A stretch of DNA of 64,000 nt from Octopus sinensis (lineage: Eukaryota). The stretch lies in contig NC_043016.1 in NCBI RefSeq assembly GCF_006345805.1, positions 20,398,001 through 20,462,000 on the forward strand. Direction: 5' to 3'. The first letter of the stretch is position 1, and every line of letters begins with the position of its first letter. Positions 12,781 through 24,532 of the stretch are shown piece after piece. The notes under the pieces are model-generated. The model did not search any database. It saw only the letters and a program-made list of their open reading frames with translations, and had not been told where the DNA came from. The translations under genes were made by a program, and so were the position numbers.

Positions 12781-13369
12781 AAGGGGTGAATAAATAAATT
12801 AACGTAATTACTCTTTTACTTGTTTCAGTCATTTGACTGTGGCCATGCTGGAGCACCGCCTTCGAAGTGGTGAGTTGGGCTACTATTTAATAAAATGAGA
12901 AGGGTGCAAGAGCGATAGTATGAGAGGAAACATAGTGGCATAGAGAGTGTGGCTGATACCAAGGAAGGGGAGGACAGAGTTATGTAAGTGACAAATACGG
13001 CATAGTAATGGGATAGTAATGTTAATACAGTTGTCATTCAGAGATACACGCATGCTTTCAATTTGTCTTTCTCTCTCGCTCACGGCTCTTTCTCTCTGTC
13101 TCTCATTCTCTTTCTCTCAGTCCATGTCTGTCTCTCTGTCTGTCTATCTCTTTCTCTAACACACACACATTGAGAGAAAGAGAGTGAGAGATAGAGAGAA
13201 AGAGCTGTGAGCGAGAGAGAAAGAGCCACCAGCGAGAGAGAAAGATTAACTCATATATCAATGCATCACTGTAAATATATATATATATAAACTTCAACAC
13301 CTTTGGATACACTGAATTTGAGGGAGAAGATGTCTCTCTTCACCTCTTTCTTAAAGACTTGCATTGTTG

Positions 13370-13640
13370 TTGAATGTTGTGGGGAAAGCTATTGGAGATG
13401 TCGTGGATCCTTGTCACCTCATCACTAGAACAGGTTAGGACAAAGGCGTCACCAATGTAGCTTCGGTATAAGGTGATATGCCAGTTAGCATTGAGGGCAT
13501 TGCATTCCAGGTCATCCAAAGGGTAATCAAGATCTCATTGAAGCTGGACCCCTTTAGGAGGCCGCTATATTATCAATATGTGCTGTTTTTGTACTGCAAG
13601 TAGGTGTTGTTGGTACAGAATAGAAGGATGAACCTGAAGT
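13370..13640 (-). mobile_element. Penelope-like RT fragment, decayed
   Basis: NNTYLQYKNSTY..YSGLLKGSSFNEIL ... ITLYRSYIGDAFVL (motifs B' and C, degenerate). Confidence 0.55.
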
Positions 13641-13774
13641 TTTATAGGTAAAATATTTTTCTGGGAATGAATTACAATTTATGACATTGCTACTATGGGA
13701 AATTACTGCTCTGCTTTACAAACTTTACAAGCAGTCTCTGAGAACAAATTAACTCGTATATCAATGCATCACTG

Positions 13775-13815
<41 letters not shown>

Positions 13816-14645
13816 GGTGAGGACCGAAATCCTTCAAAGGGATGTCAAACATCCAAGTCCACCAGCACAATCCAAGTAAAGAATATATATAAAAATATAT
13901 ATTCAGTATTTGCAAAAACAGTAAATGAAGTATAAGGAAAGGAAAGCTTGTAGGTGTAGACCAACTTTAATTCATAATCCAAGATGGTACAGAACCAACA
14001 TACATTCTACAGATTGTTTTGGAGTCTAATTAATTCCAAAGACAAAAATGAAAAACTCTTCATGAAATAAAAATTAGATTCTTCGTCAGGAATTACATAC
14101 TGGCATGAATAATTACGACCAACAAAAATATACAAAGACCTTTCATAGCCCAGACAGGAACGAACAAATGATAATAACATATAACAAAAAGTAAAAGGGA
14201 TTAATGAATCCAGGCAGATATCTATAAAACACTCAGTGTTAAGCAAACTTGGTTAACTATATAAAACAATCAGATACCAATAAATACAAATAGAATTGAC
14301 ATCCTAGGTAATTCCTCATGTATAGCAAGTAGAACCAAATATTGCTTAGAAAGATTTCAGGAAATCCGGAGTAATTGACAACATGAACATGAATAGAGAA
14401 AATCACATCTCTTATTGATGATTATACCATACCCTAGCATATTCATCTCGCCAAAAGTGCCAAGAGTTTTATTAATGATAGAAAATGGTGCATCAACATA
14501 ATGGAAGAAAGCATTGATAAATGTCAGCAATCTAGTAAATATATGTACATACACAGAATGGAAGCACTTGAAGAATCAGATATGGTTGTACTGTCTCGTT
14601 TGAAAATAACATACACATAATGTCTGTGTGTATATATATAGGTTG

Positions 14646-15027
14646 TAAATGTAGGGATAAGCAAGTTAGGCAGGTTAAAATATAAAGTATATTAAAACAT
14701 GGAATATAAAAAAATGTATGTATATATGTTTACATACAAAAAGGTCCAACTTACGCAGAATACAAACGATATTCAAGATGGAGATCATCTAATCCTACGA
14801 TGGAATCAATCTACAGACATTATCTATATGGACTACCAAGCCCCCAGAAACAACTGATGGATTTGTAATACATTTCTTCAACCCCTTTAATTCTCTATAT
14901 CATTTGTATTTTGTGTAAGCTGGACCAAAAGGTATGTATGTAAACATATATACCTTTTTAATATTCCATGTTTTTTTTTTATACTTTATATTTTAATCTG
15001 TCTAACTTGCTTATCCTCATATTTACT
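14646..15027. repeat. Diverged inverted repeat (14646-14773 / 14896-15027)
   Basis: gtaaatgtagggataagcaagttag... versus ...ctaacttgcttatcctcatatttac, roughly 80% identical by eye. Confidence 0.7.
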
Positions 15028-15106
15028 TATATACCCACTCAAGTTTAAATCTCTTGAGCACTACAATGTATTCTATATGGAAAATATCTGATTCTCATCT
15101 ATGAAC

Positions 15107-15144
<38 letters not shown>

Positions 15145-15488
15145 ATATATATATCTGTAAAATAATATGTGACAATTATTCAATATCATCCTTTATTTAC
15201 ATAATATTGAGGTCTCTTTCTTTCTTTGTAATCTTACCGTTTTTACCAATATATATACATATATACATACATATATACATATATATATACATATATACAT
15301 ACATATATATATATACATATAAATATACATATATATATACACATATATATATACATATATATATACATATATATATATACATATATATACATATATATAT
15401 ACATATATATATATACATATATATACATATATTGGTGAATTGAAGAAATGGAGCTGAACGCAGATTGAACAGAAATCGTTTTATTTCA

Positions 15489-15568
15489 TTCTACACGTGT
15501 TTCGAAAGGCACAAATTACCAAAATCCGATTGAATAATGGGACCATATTGTGTCTTTCTCTTCAGGAA
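15489..15568 (-). ncRNA. Minimal type I hammerhead ribozyme motif in the 3' pLTR
   Basis: uuc CUGAAGA gaaag-acaca...ugug-c-cuuuc GAAA cacgug UA gaa: intact core, stem II and palindromic stem-III/loop ACACGUGU. Predicted cleavage between 15492 and 15491. Confidence 0.8.
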
Positions 15569-18500
15569 GAAAAAAGGAAATCCGTTGGAAAAACAAAAAC
15601 AGAACAGAGGCAGAGCAAAAAACAAATCGAACTGTGCTCCTAAGAGCCCATGGCGAAACTGTTTATCAGTTATGTTGAGAACCGGTGGCTGAGAATTCAA
15701 CGGGTCAGGCATCGGTCAATCGTGTGGGTGAGGGTGTATAGATGTTCTTTGTGACCGAGAATAAAGTTCTGACTATTTAAAGAATATTGGATTGTTTATA
15801 AGGGGCGAGAAAAAATCTATAGAGACGTGTGTGTGTGTATACTGTTCTATATATGTGTGTGTTGGCGTAGGGGTAGAAAACATTTTTTGTGTACGTGTGT
15901 GCGTTTGATCGTTCGGCTGTCAGTGGCTACTGCCGTGATAGCCGTTGGGTGGCAGAAAGAAAAAAAATAAAGAAATTATATATATATTATGTTTTATGTG
16001 TGTGTGTGTTCATCTAAGCCTGCCTTGACAAGGAAACCCCCCGCTGTGAAAAAACAAGCCCCGTTTGTCTTACAGGAGTAATTTCCCTTGCAGTGGTTAA
16101 TTGTAGATATCTTAAAAGCTATTTCAGAATTTGTTACCAAGGGCTATGGGTGCCGGTCTTATTTATAAACGCTATTTAAAGGCCAGATAAGTGTAACGCC
16201 GCCAATGGGGGCATCGAAAAGCCGACTGTAAGAGCCCGTTTACCATCCGGCCTCTGGCAACAAAATATGGAAGAGTTCGGAGACACAAAGGTTGCACTGT
16301 CTTCTGCCCCTATCAAATGGGAGGGCACCGACAAAATTGACCATTCCAGCCTATAGCTTAAGTTCGCATCCTTCAGTCGCCATATTAGCTTACTGAGTCC
16401 CGTGGTCTGGCGCTTGTTCACGTCCCGAAAAGTTGCGTAATGGTTGGAGACACGCAAAGACAATCTTGAGGATGATGCCCCTATATAAGTGAAGGCATCT
16501 GAGTCCGTGTAAACCTTGCATTGGTAGACGGCGTTTTTGATCTTGGAGTTCGCCGACGTGAATCTTACTCTGCCAGGATTGGTTTCTGAAATTAGAACTG
16601 CGTTCCTGTCACTATATTCGTTCCGAGACCTGCAGCCGCTTACTACTCTATTTTCCACTACGTCACTATTAACTATAGGAATAACCCCTGATTCTCCACT
16701 ATCTATCAGAGTGCTGTCATTGCTACTGCCCGTGGTACTGCTATTGCGGGAAATGATGCTGGGGATGCTAAGGGGCTCTCTACCCTACTCCCATTGTTAC
16801 CATCAACCACAACACCCCTATTTATAACTATACCCCTAGTGGGTACTCCCTGGCTGGAGCTGAGATTATGTGTCACTGTACTGGCTCTCATATCATTATT
16901 ACTACTATAATTATTCCTACTGAGCATTAAACCGGGAGCGGAAGAGGCTGTGCCTCCGGAAAAGGTGATAGGGTCTTAGTAAGTAGCCTATTATTATGGG
17001 AGGCGATTATCTGGGCGAGGTTTTTAGTGTTGGAGAAGCTAGCTATCCTAACTTATGTGAGTTAACCGTGGAGTAATATTTGGAATTTTGGGGAAGTTAT
17101 TGGCGATGGCTTGTCTAAACATGAGGGGGAGGTTAGTTCTAATCTGCTTACCAAAGGGGATTACAAACCATATATGCTTATTCCTATCAGTGTGATGGGT
17201 CGGGACGCCAGCTCTCGCATTTGGGTGGGTGATTCTCGGATGAATAACGGGTCTTGGGTTAGTGTAAGACCTCCCGGACCGATAATTATCCTTGTTCGCT
17301 AAATTAAATGCGGGAGCGACTACCCCGGTATCCGCCGCGCTCCCGTCCTTACTTAAAATGTTAATGTTATTATATACGGCCCTATCCTGATGACCGAATG
17401 ATGGCATCGGAAGGGCCGGATCAATATAAATTACCTTCTGCCTATAACCGGCCTTGGATAGTGCGGCGTTATAAAAATCCGTTTTCTGCATAAAAATATC
17501 GGCACTGGCGGACAAGCCAGACAATCTTAGAGAGATGTTTTTAACCAAATTGTCTGTTACGGTTTTGGCATGATTTGAGAAGACACTGACATACTTCAAA
17601 TTAGTGGAAGGCTTATGGTAAGGGCAGTATGAGTCGCTATTAAGGTTAAGTGTAACGTCTAGGAAATTAGCCTTGGTGAGTTCATTATCAAAAACTATAC
17701 TCATGCCCATTCTATTAAAAAACCTAGCTAACCTGCTCTTAGTTTTCTGCACTATTCTGTTCGTGGTGTTTTGCAGGTAAAAAGACAATCGTCACGATAC
17801 AGGCCGCCCGCGATCTCCGGGAATTGATCGGACAATTCGTAGAGAATATATATTCCGACCAAATCGGCTATCTGCGCACTATCCGAACTACCCATAGGCA
17901 CATCAAATTCATTGGGAGTATCCTTACGGATCCACAGCTTATTATCAAACTTAATAAACGATTTCCTGGCAACTAAAATGATATCTATCTCTTCTCTGGT
18001 GAGGCCTGCCTTGTTGTGTGAGCATGCCAGAGGGCCTTATTTAGCACACTAGGGTTAATCGAGGGGTAGAAGCTGGCGATATCAAACTGAATGAACCTAG
18101 TACGGTTCTTATTGGGGATGGAGAGAACCACTTCACTACCTGCGAGGAGTTGGCCCAGAGGCTGAGCTTCAGCTTGTTACTAAACTAGGGATATATTTAT
18201 CTAAAATGTACTTACTGATTATCCCGATATCAGATCTAGCAGGGCATATGAGTCTTAGCGCTGGGTTGGTGTGGAAGTTAGGTTTATGGTCCTTCACTAT
18301 AAATCTGGGTTGCTGGGGCTAAGCGGCTGAGTTTCATTTGAATTCGGTTGTTTAAATATTATATCCTTAATTTCCAAGTTTACCTTCCTCAGGGTACTCC
18401 AATTGGTTTTTTATAACTTTTCTTGATCTCTTTACCGAGTAAATCTAGGTACTGCTTAATGGGCATCTTGTATGTGTTCCTGGTCTTGTCGGACTGGACC

Positions 18501-19112
18501 AGGACTCCGTCCGTTCTATTAATGTCCTGGTAATTTTATCTAGGTATCTGAGGTGGGCATTTCTCCTGGGTGACTTCCTGACTTAATCTTTCTAACTATG
18601 TCCCACAAGTCGTCCTCAGACTTCTTCAGTCTTGGGTTCGGTGGCGGCGTATCCAATGTTTTAAAAAGCCGGCCGTATTCGGACGATGCAGTTGTCCGGT
18701 TCGATTTTAGATCTTCGTTCTCGTGGAAGAAAATGAGCCATCTTATCCGGTTTATGAATGCGTTGGTTTTACAAACCAACTCCTTAAGGAAGGCATCCTT
18801 TGGTGGTATAGAAAATCCTTAAGGGACGCATCAATCTCGAACAACTCCATTATTGGCGTCGGTTAAAGTAGCAGTTTCTTGACGAAGCGGTATGTATTAT
18901 GTGAAATAGAAAGATGAATAATCTTGTAGTAGATTAATCAAAAGTTTAACCGATACCTTAGTAGCAAAAATCACAGCAGTGAACAGCACGGTTGGAGGTA
19001 CAACCATCTGGCGTTGCAACCGTGCGTTGGTGCGGATAATTGAAATTAAACATTATTGGTGAATTGAAGAAATGGAGCTGAACGCAGATTGAACAGAAAT
19101 CGTTTTATTTCA

Positions 19113-19190
19113 TTCTACACGTGTTCGAAGGCACAAATTACCAAAATCCGATTGAATAATGGGACCATATTGTGTCTTTCTCTTCAGGAA
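19113..19190 (-). ncRNA. Hammerhead motif in the 5' pLTR (one A of GAAA missing as assembled)
   Basis: Identical to 15489-15568 except for two single-base homopolymer deletions. Confidence 0.7.
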
Positions 19191-19824
19191 GAAAAAAGGA
19201 AATCCGTTGGAAAAACAAAACACGTGTAGAATGAAATAAAACGATTCTGTCAATCTGCGTTCAGCTCCATTCTTCAATTCACCAATAATGTTTTAATTTC
19301 AATTATCCGCACCAACGCATGGTTGCAACGCCAGATGGTTGTACCTCCAACCGTGCTGTTCACTGCTGTGATTTTTGCTACTAAGGTATCGGGTTAAACT
19401 TTTGATTAATCTACTACAAGATTATTCATCTTTATTTCACATAATATATAACATATATATATATATACATATATATACATATATACATACATATTACACA
19501 TATATATATACATATTACATATATATATACATATATACATTATATATATACATATATATATACATAATAAATACATATATACTATATATATACATATATA
19601 TATACATAATACATATATATATACATATATTATTACATATATATATACATATAATACATATATATATACATATATACATACATATATACAACATATATTA
19701 CATATATTTATACATATATATACATATATATATACATATATATATATCATATACACATATATATATACATATACACATATATATATACATATATACATAT
19801 ATATATACATATATATGTATATGC

Positions 19825-19995
19825 AGTTCAGCAAAAGAGACCGATAGAATAAGTACTAGGCTTACAAAGAATAAGTCCTGAGGTTGATTTGCTTGACTAA
19901 AGCCTGTGCTCCAGCGTGGCCACAGTCAAATGACTGAAAAAGTAAAAGAGTATGTATATATATATATATATACTCTTTTACTTGTTTCAGTCATA
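19825..19995 (+). mobile_element. SINE 3' portion (…ctccagcgtggccacagtcaaatgactgaaa…aaaaga) plus an inverted stub
   Basis: The same family occurs at 12809-12863 and 53345-53420 in the opposite orientation. Confidence 0.65.
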
Positions 19996-20008
19996 TTATT
20001 ATTATCAT

Positions 20009-20416
20009 TGAGGCAAGTGAGGATCAGAATCGAAATCGATCAATGGAAATTGCAGATGTGTACCAGTGCCGGTGGCATGTAAGAGAACTTTCCGTTTCGC
20101 GACCGTTGCCAGCACCGCCCCGTTTCGTGTCCGTTGCCAGCCTCGCCTGGCCCTCGTGCGGTGGCACATAAAAAGCACCATCCATTCGTGGCGTTGCCAG
20201 CTCTGTCTGGCACCAGTGCGGGTGGCACGTAAAAAAGCACCACTACACTCACGAGAGTGGTTGGCGTTAGGAAGGGCATCCAGCCAGATGTAGAAACACT
20301 GCCAGATTTGACTGGGCCTGATGAAGCCTTCTGCTTCACAGACCCCAGTAGAACCGTCCAACCCATGCTAGCATGGAAAACGGACGCTAAATGATGATGA
20401 TGATGATGATGATGAT
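20009..20416 (+). mobile_element. RTE 3' UTR-derived repeat with (GAT)n tail
   Basis: ggttggcgttaggaagggcatccag...ccaacccatgctagcatggaaaacggacgctaaa(tga)n, homologous to the 3' ends of the RTE copies at 2960-3179, 29427-30070 and 46889-47480. Confidence 0.8.
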
Positions 20417-20503
20417 ATATATAATAATAATATAAATATTGGAATTAAATCCAAACTTACAGGGAAAAATCAGATTTAGGATTGAATCCAATTTTATAGT
20501 AAA

Positions 20504-22356
20504 ATATATATTATATTAATTAGAGACAAAACCACTATTATGCAAATCAAACTAAGAAAGATTAATCAATACATAAATCAATTTATATTATTTAAAATTT
20601 AACAATTATTAATATCCACTATGATCGTTTCATGTCTTCTTTCCATCACATCTTGAGTAGTACATTTTCAGGTGGTTCAATCTAAAATATAATCAATATT
20701 TTAAAGATATAAATAATCTATATAATCTAAAATAAAAATTTACTTATAATAAACTCTATTATTTAATATGATTATATCGAAATCGACTATAATGTTAAAT
20801 ATTAACTTTAATTTATAAGGTAGAAAATCCATATTCTAATATCCATTTTAGTCTATATCTACTTATATAGATATTTGAAATGACTAATATATATAAATTA
20901 TCAATGAAAAAATATATATATATAAATATTATAATCAAGATCTAAAATAATCTCTATAAACGATAGTATATAATGAAAACCTAATATATTTAATTTCTCA
21001 TATTTAAAGATGAAATAGCTAATTTCAAAATACAAAAAATATATATACATGCTCACGCTCATATATATATGTATGTATATAAACATATATAAATACGTAC
21101 ACAAACACACACACATATATATATATCTATACATACACATATAGACATGGATATATTTTATAATGCAGCCCTATACTTCTACACATTACTTATGCATACT
21201 CGCACACACACACACACACATACAATCACTCATTCATAAACGTATACTCTCAGCAAGACACTAATACAGAGGAGAAATAACATCCAGTAGCCGCAGATAC
21301 TCAACCACATACTTATAGAAATATTCCATTCTTAGTAATATAGTATTAAATAAATACTATAAGTACTATAAACAAAATTATGAATGGGAATAATTATCTA
21401 ATATAAATAATGCTATTAAATTAATTTAATTTAATTTAATTTAATAGCATAATTTTATTAGATAATTATTCCCATTCATAATTTTGTTTATAGTACTTTA
21501 TAGCTTATTAATACTATATTTACTAAGAATGGAATATTCTATAAGTATGTGGTTGAGTATCTGCGGCTACTGGATGTTATTTCTCCTCTGTATTAGTCTG
21601 TCTGCTGAGAGTATACGTTTATGAATGAGTGATTGTATGTGTGTGTGTGTGTGTGTGTGCGAGTATGCATAAGTAATGTTGTAGAAGTCTAGGGCTGCAT
21701 TATAAAATATATCCATGTCTATATGTGTATGTATAGATATATATGTGTGTGTGTGTTTGTGCACGTATTTATATATGTTTATATACATACATATATATGA
21801 GCGTGAGCATGTATATATATTTTTTGTATTTTGAAATTAGCTACTTCATCTTTAAATATGAGAAATTAAATATATTAGGGTTTTCATTATTATCGTTTAT
21901 AGAGATTATTTTAGACTTGATTTTGATAATATTTATATATATATTTTTTTTCATTGATAATTTTATATATTAGTCATTTTAAATATCTATAAGTAGTAGA
22001 TATAGACTAAAATGGATATTAGAATATGGATTTTCTACCTTATAAATTAAAGTTAATATTTAACATTATAGTCGATTTCGATACATCATATTTAATAATA
22101 GAGTTATTATAAGTAAATTTTTATTTTAGATTATAAGATTATTTATATCTTAAAAATATTGATTATATTTTAGATTTGAAACCACCTGAAGAATGTCTAC
22201 TACTCAAGATGTGCGAAAAGAAGACATGAAACAATCGTAGTGGATATTAATAAGGGGAAATTTTAAATAAGATAATTAATTTAGTATGTATTGGATTAAG
22301 GTCTTTGTTGATTTGCATAATAGTGGTTTTTGTCTCTAATTTAATATAATATATAT
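20504..22356. repeat. ~1.85 kb fold-back palindrome (arms ~916 bp, centre ~21430)
   Basis: 20504-21419 is the reverse complement of 21441-22356 with scattered 1-2 nt indels. It lies next to the N gap. Confidence 0.9.
22182..22243 (+). ncRNA. Hammerhead motif in a PLE-type pLTR (mirror copy 20616-20675 on minus)
   Basis: ccac CUGAAGA augucu...agacau GAAA caaucg UA gugg. The mirror arm reads cgauca, suggesting an original palindromic ACGAUCGU. Confidence 0.7.
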
Positions 22357-22519
22357 AGATAGTATAGATACTCTTTTACGTGTTCAGGCAGGTTATATTA
22401 TATTAATTATTATTATTTTATAATATTAGTATATATATATATAGACTCCTTTTACTGTTCCAGTCATATTAGTATTATCATAATTATTATTATTTATATA
22501 TATATATATATATAATATA

Positions 22520-22619
22520 NNNNNNNNNNNNNNNNNNNNNNNNNNNNNNNNNNNNNNNNNNNNNNNNNNNNNNNNNNNNNNNNNNNNNNNNNNNNNNNNN
22601 NNNNNNNNNNNNNNNNNNN
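22520..22619. other. Assembly gap (100 N)
   Basis: Run of exactly 100 N, a typical scaffolding placeholder. Confidence 0.99.
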
Positions 22620-22694
22620 TATAGGTACATATATATATATACATATATTTATATAAATATATGCATTGATATATTTAGATGCATTATATACGTG

Positions 22695-22726
<32 letters not shown>

Positions 22727-23270
22727 CACACACACACACATGTATTCATATACAGACATATACATACTTATCTATATATATTTACAACGTTCTATATGTG
22801 CATATATTTTGCACATATACGTAAATGTTATGCATATACATATGCACTAAACACATACAAAGCTATATCGTATTTCTCCATATACATATATGTTATACAT
22901 AGAAATACCTATATATACATATCCATATAAATGAACATCCATATACACTGTTATACTGACATACACATATATACATATATTTTCTTCGTACACATGCACA
23001 CATACAATCATTACACACACACACATACTTGCACACATGTATCCACACATTAAGATGATGAATGGAGGGTGTAATAATACGATGACTGTCTACCGTTCAT
23101 GGATCCAGAAAGAACACACAGAAATGGAGGAGGGACAAGCTGGCAGCCAGACATACAAATATATAACGGGACCTCCATATGTTTAAGAAAAAAATTTCAA
23201 ATGGAAAAAAAAAACAGTTTAGTTAGTAGTGCGAAAAAAAAAAGAGAATGCTAATGTTTGGGACACTTAC

Positions 23271-23519
23271 CTTCCTTACACCCTTGTAAATATAGAAGTA
23301 AAGCTCCCTTCCAACATTGAAACATATTCGATCAGGATACCCAGAAGCATCGTTAACATTGATGAAGGAGACTTTAACGGGCGCATTTGCTTGTCCATTG
23401 TATGCTGCCCTCGTTGGTCTCGAATATTCAGACAAATGCATTTGTTTATATATTCCTTCCCGAGTGCCAAACTGGCTTTTTATATCATCTTTTCCTCCAC
23501 CCTCACTCTGAGCCGCCAT
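23271..23519 (-). CDS. WDR20: WD repeat-containing protein 20 (WDR20/DMWD family), coding exon 1 (83 codons)
   Basis: Translates MAAQSEGGGKDDIKSQFGTREGIYKQMHLSEYSRPTRAAYNGQANAPVKVSFINVNDASGYPDRICFNVGRELYFYIYKGVRK, matching the WDR20 N-terminus (TREG, SEYSRP, CFNVGRELYFYIYKGVRK). Ends at AAG|GTAAGT, a phase-0 donor. The ORF-track tail VSVPNISILFFSHY is intron read-through. Confidence 0.95.
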
Positions 23520-23625
23520 GTTTGGTCTATGCTAAGATGACAGGTACCCGATATCGTATCATTGCGCAAAATCTAAGTGTCGCTTCCGATTCCAAGTTAA
23601 ACCAATACACGTGTTCGAAGTAGTT
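23520..23625 (-). promoter_or_regulatory. Candidate WDR20 5' UTR / proximal promoter
   Basis: CpG-retaining unique sequence directly upstream of the ATG (context ccaaacATGG), containing CACGTG, CCAAT, TTGCGCAA and CGGAAG words. TSS not determinable. Confidence 0.3.
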
Positions 23626-23727
23626 TTCGTTACGTATTGTTTATGTCAGAATTTATATCTGAATCTAGTAATCTAACAGTTTCAAGTGTGTGTGTATATA
23701 TATATATACATATATATACATTCATAC

Positions 23728-23820
<93 letters not shown>

Positions 23821-23881
23821 CATACATATATAGGTGTGCGCGTGTTTGTGTGTACGTATATATGTATATAATGTGTATATA

Positions 23882-23933
<52 letters not shown>

Positions 23934-24532
23934 ATATATATATAATATATATATATATATATACAAACGCACATACACACATGAGAAAGACTTTTTTGGG
24001 TTTCTTCATTGATTATCTTTTTAATCGATTGGAATTTTTAACTTTGACTTCTTTGTTGTTAGCGTTATTAATTACATGATATTAAGGTTTGTGAAAATTT
24101 TACCAACTTCCACTTCCTCATTCATATAATTTATTCTCTTTATTTATATGTTAAATTATCTGTAATCCTTTGTATCTCAAATGCTCATATGTACGTAAGC
24201 TGTGCTTTAAATTTCGAAGCATTTCCCCCCCCCATACATACGTATCTCTGCTTTCGCGTGTTAATTATTCTTTTGTAACCTCTAAATATTCTTGTGTTAA
24301 ATTATTTTAGCTGTTTCTTTATCGTGCGAACTTGTCTATTAAAGGCTTTGTTAACGGCGGTAGTCGTCAATTTAAAAATTCGGTGCGATTAAATCTTATA
24401 GACGTATTAACTTTGACAGATCTCTTGATTCTTATTATGCCAATTCTTTAGTTTGTTTATATTTTAGACGATTTGTCAAGTTACTAAATGTTTTGCTTTA
24501 CATTTGTTACAGTCGTCTTTTATTATTGTGAC

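Larger units (their letters stand above)
15430..19446 (-). mobile_element. Young, essentially full-length Penelope-like element (RT + C-terminal GIY-YIG) with direct pLTRs and an inverted 5' segment, inserted in (TA)-rich repeats in WDR20 intron 1
   Basis: ORF ATG ~18850 to TAG 16172, broken by 1-nt shifts. Motifs: VLVQSDKTRNTYK, RFIQFDIASFYPSI, FDVPMGSSDSAQIADLVG, GLYRDDCL, ANFLDVTLNL, NAVYQC...TYIGASS, CNLC...CPH. Direct repeat 15430-15600 / 19054-19221; 19221-19446 is the reverse complement of 18895-19123. Confidence 0.92.

Noticed and set aside
12332-12856. 174 aa ORF as an intact gene
   Set aside because: Chimeric: the N-terminus comes from a SINE stub, and only the C-terminal half is in the OTU frame.
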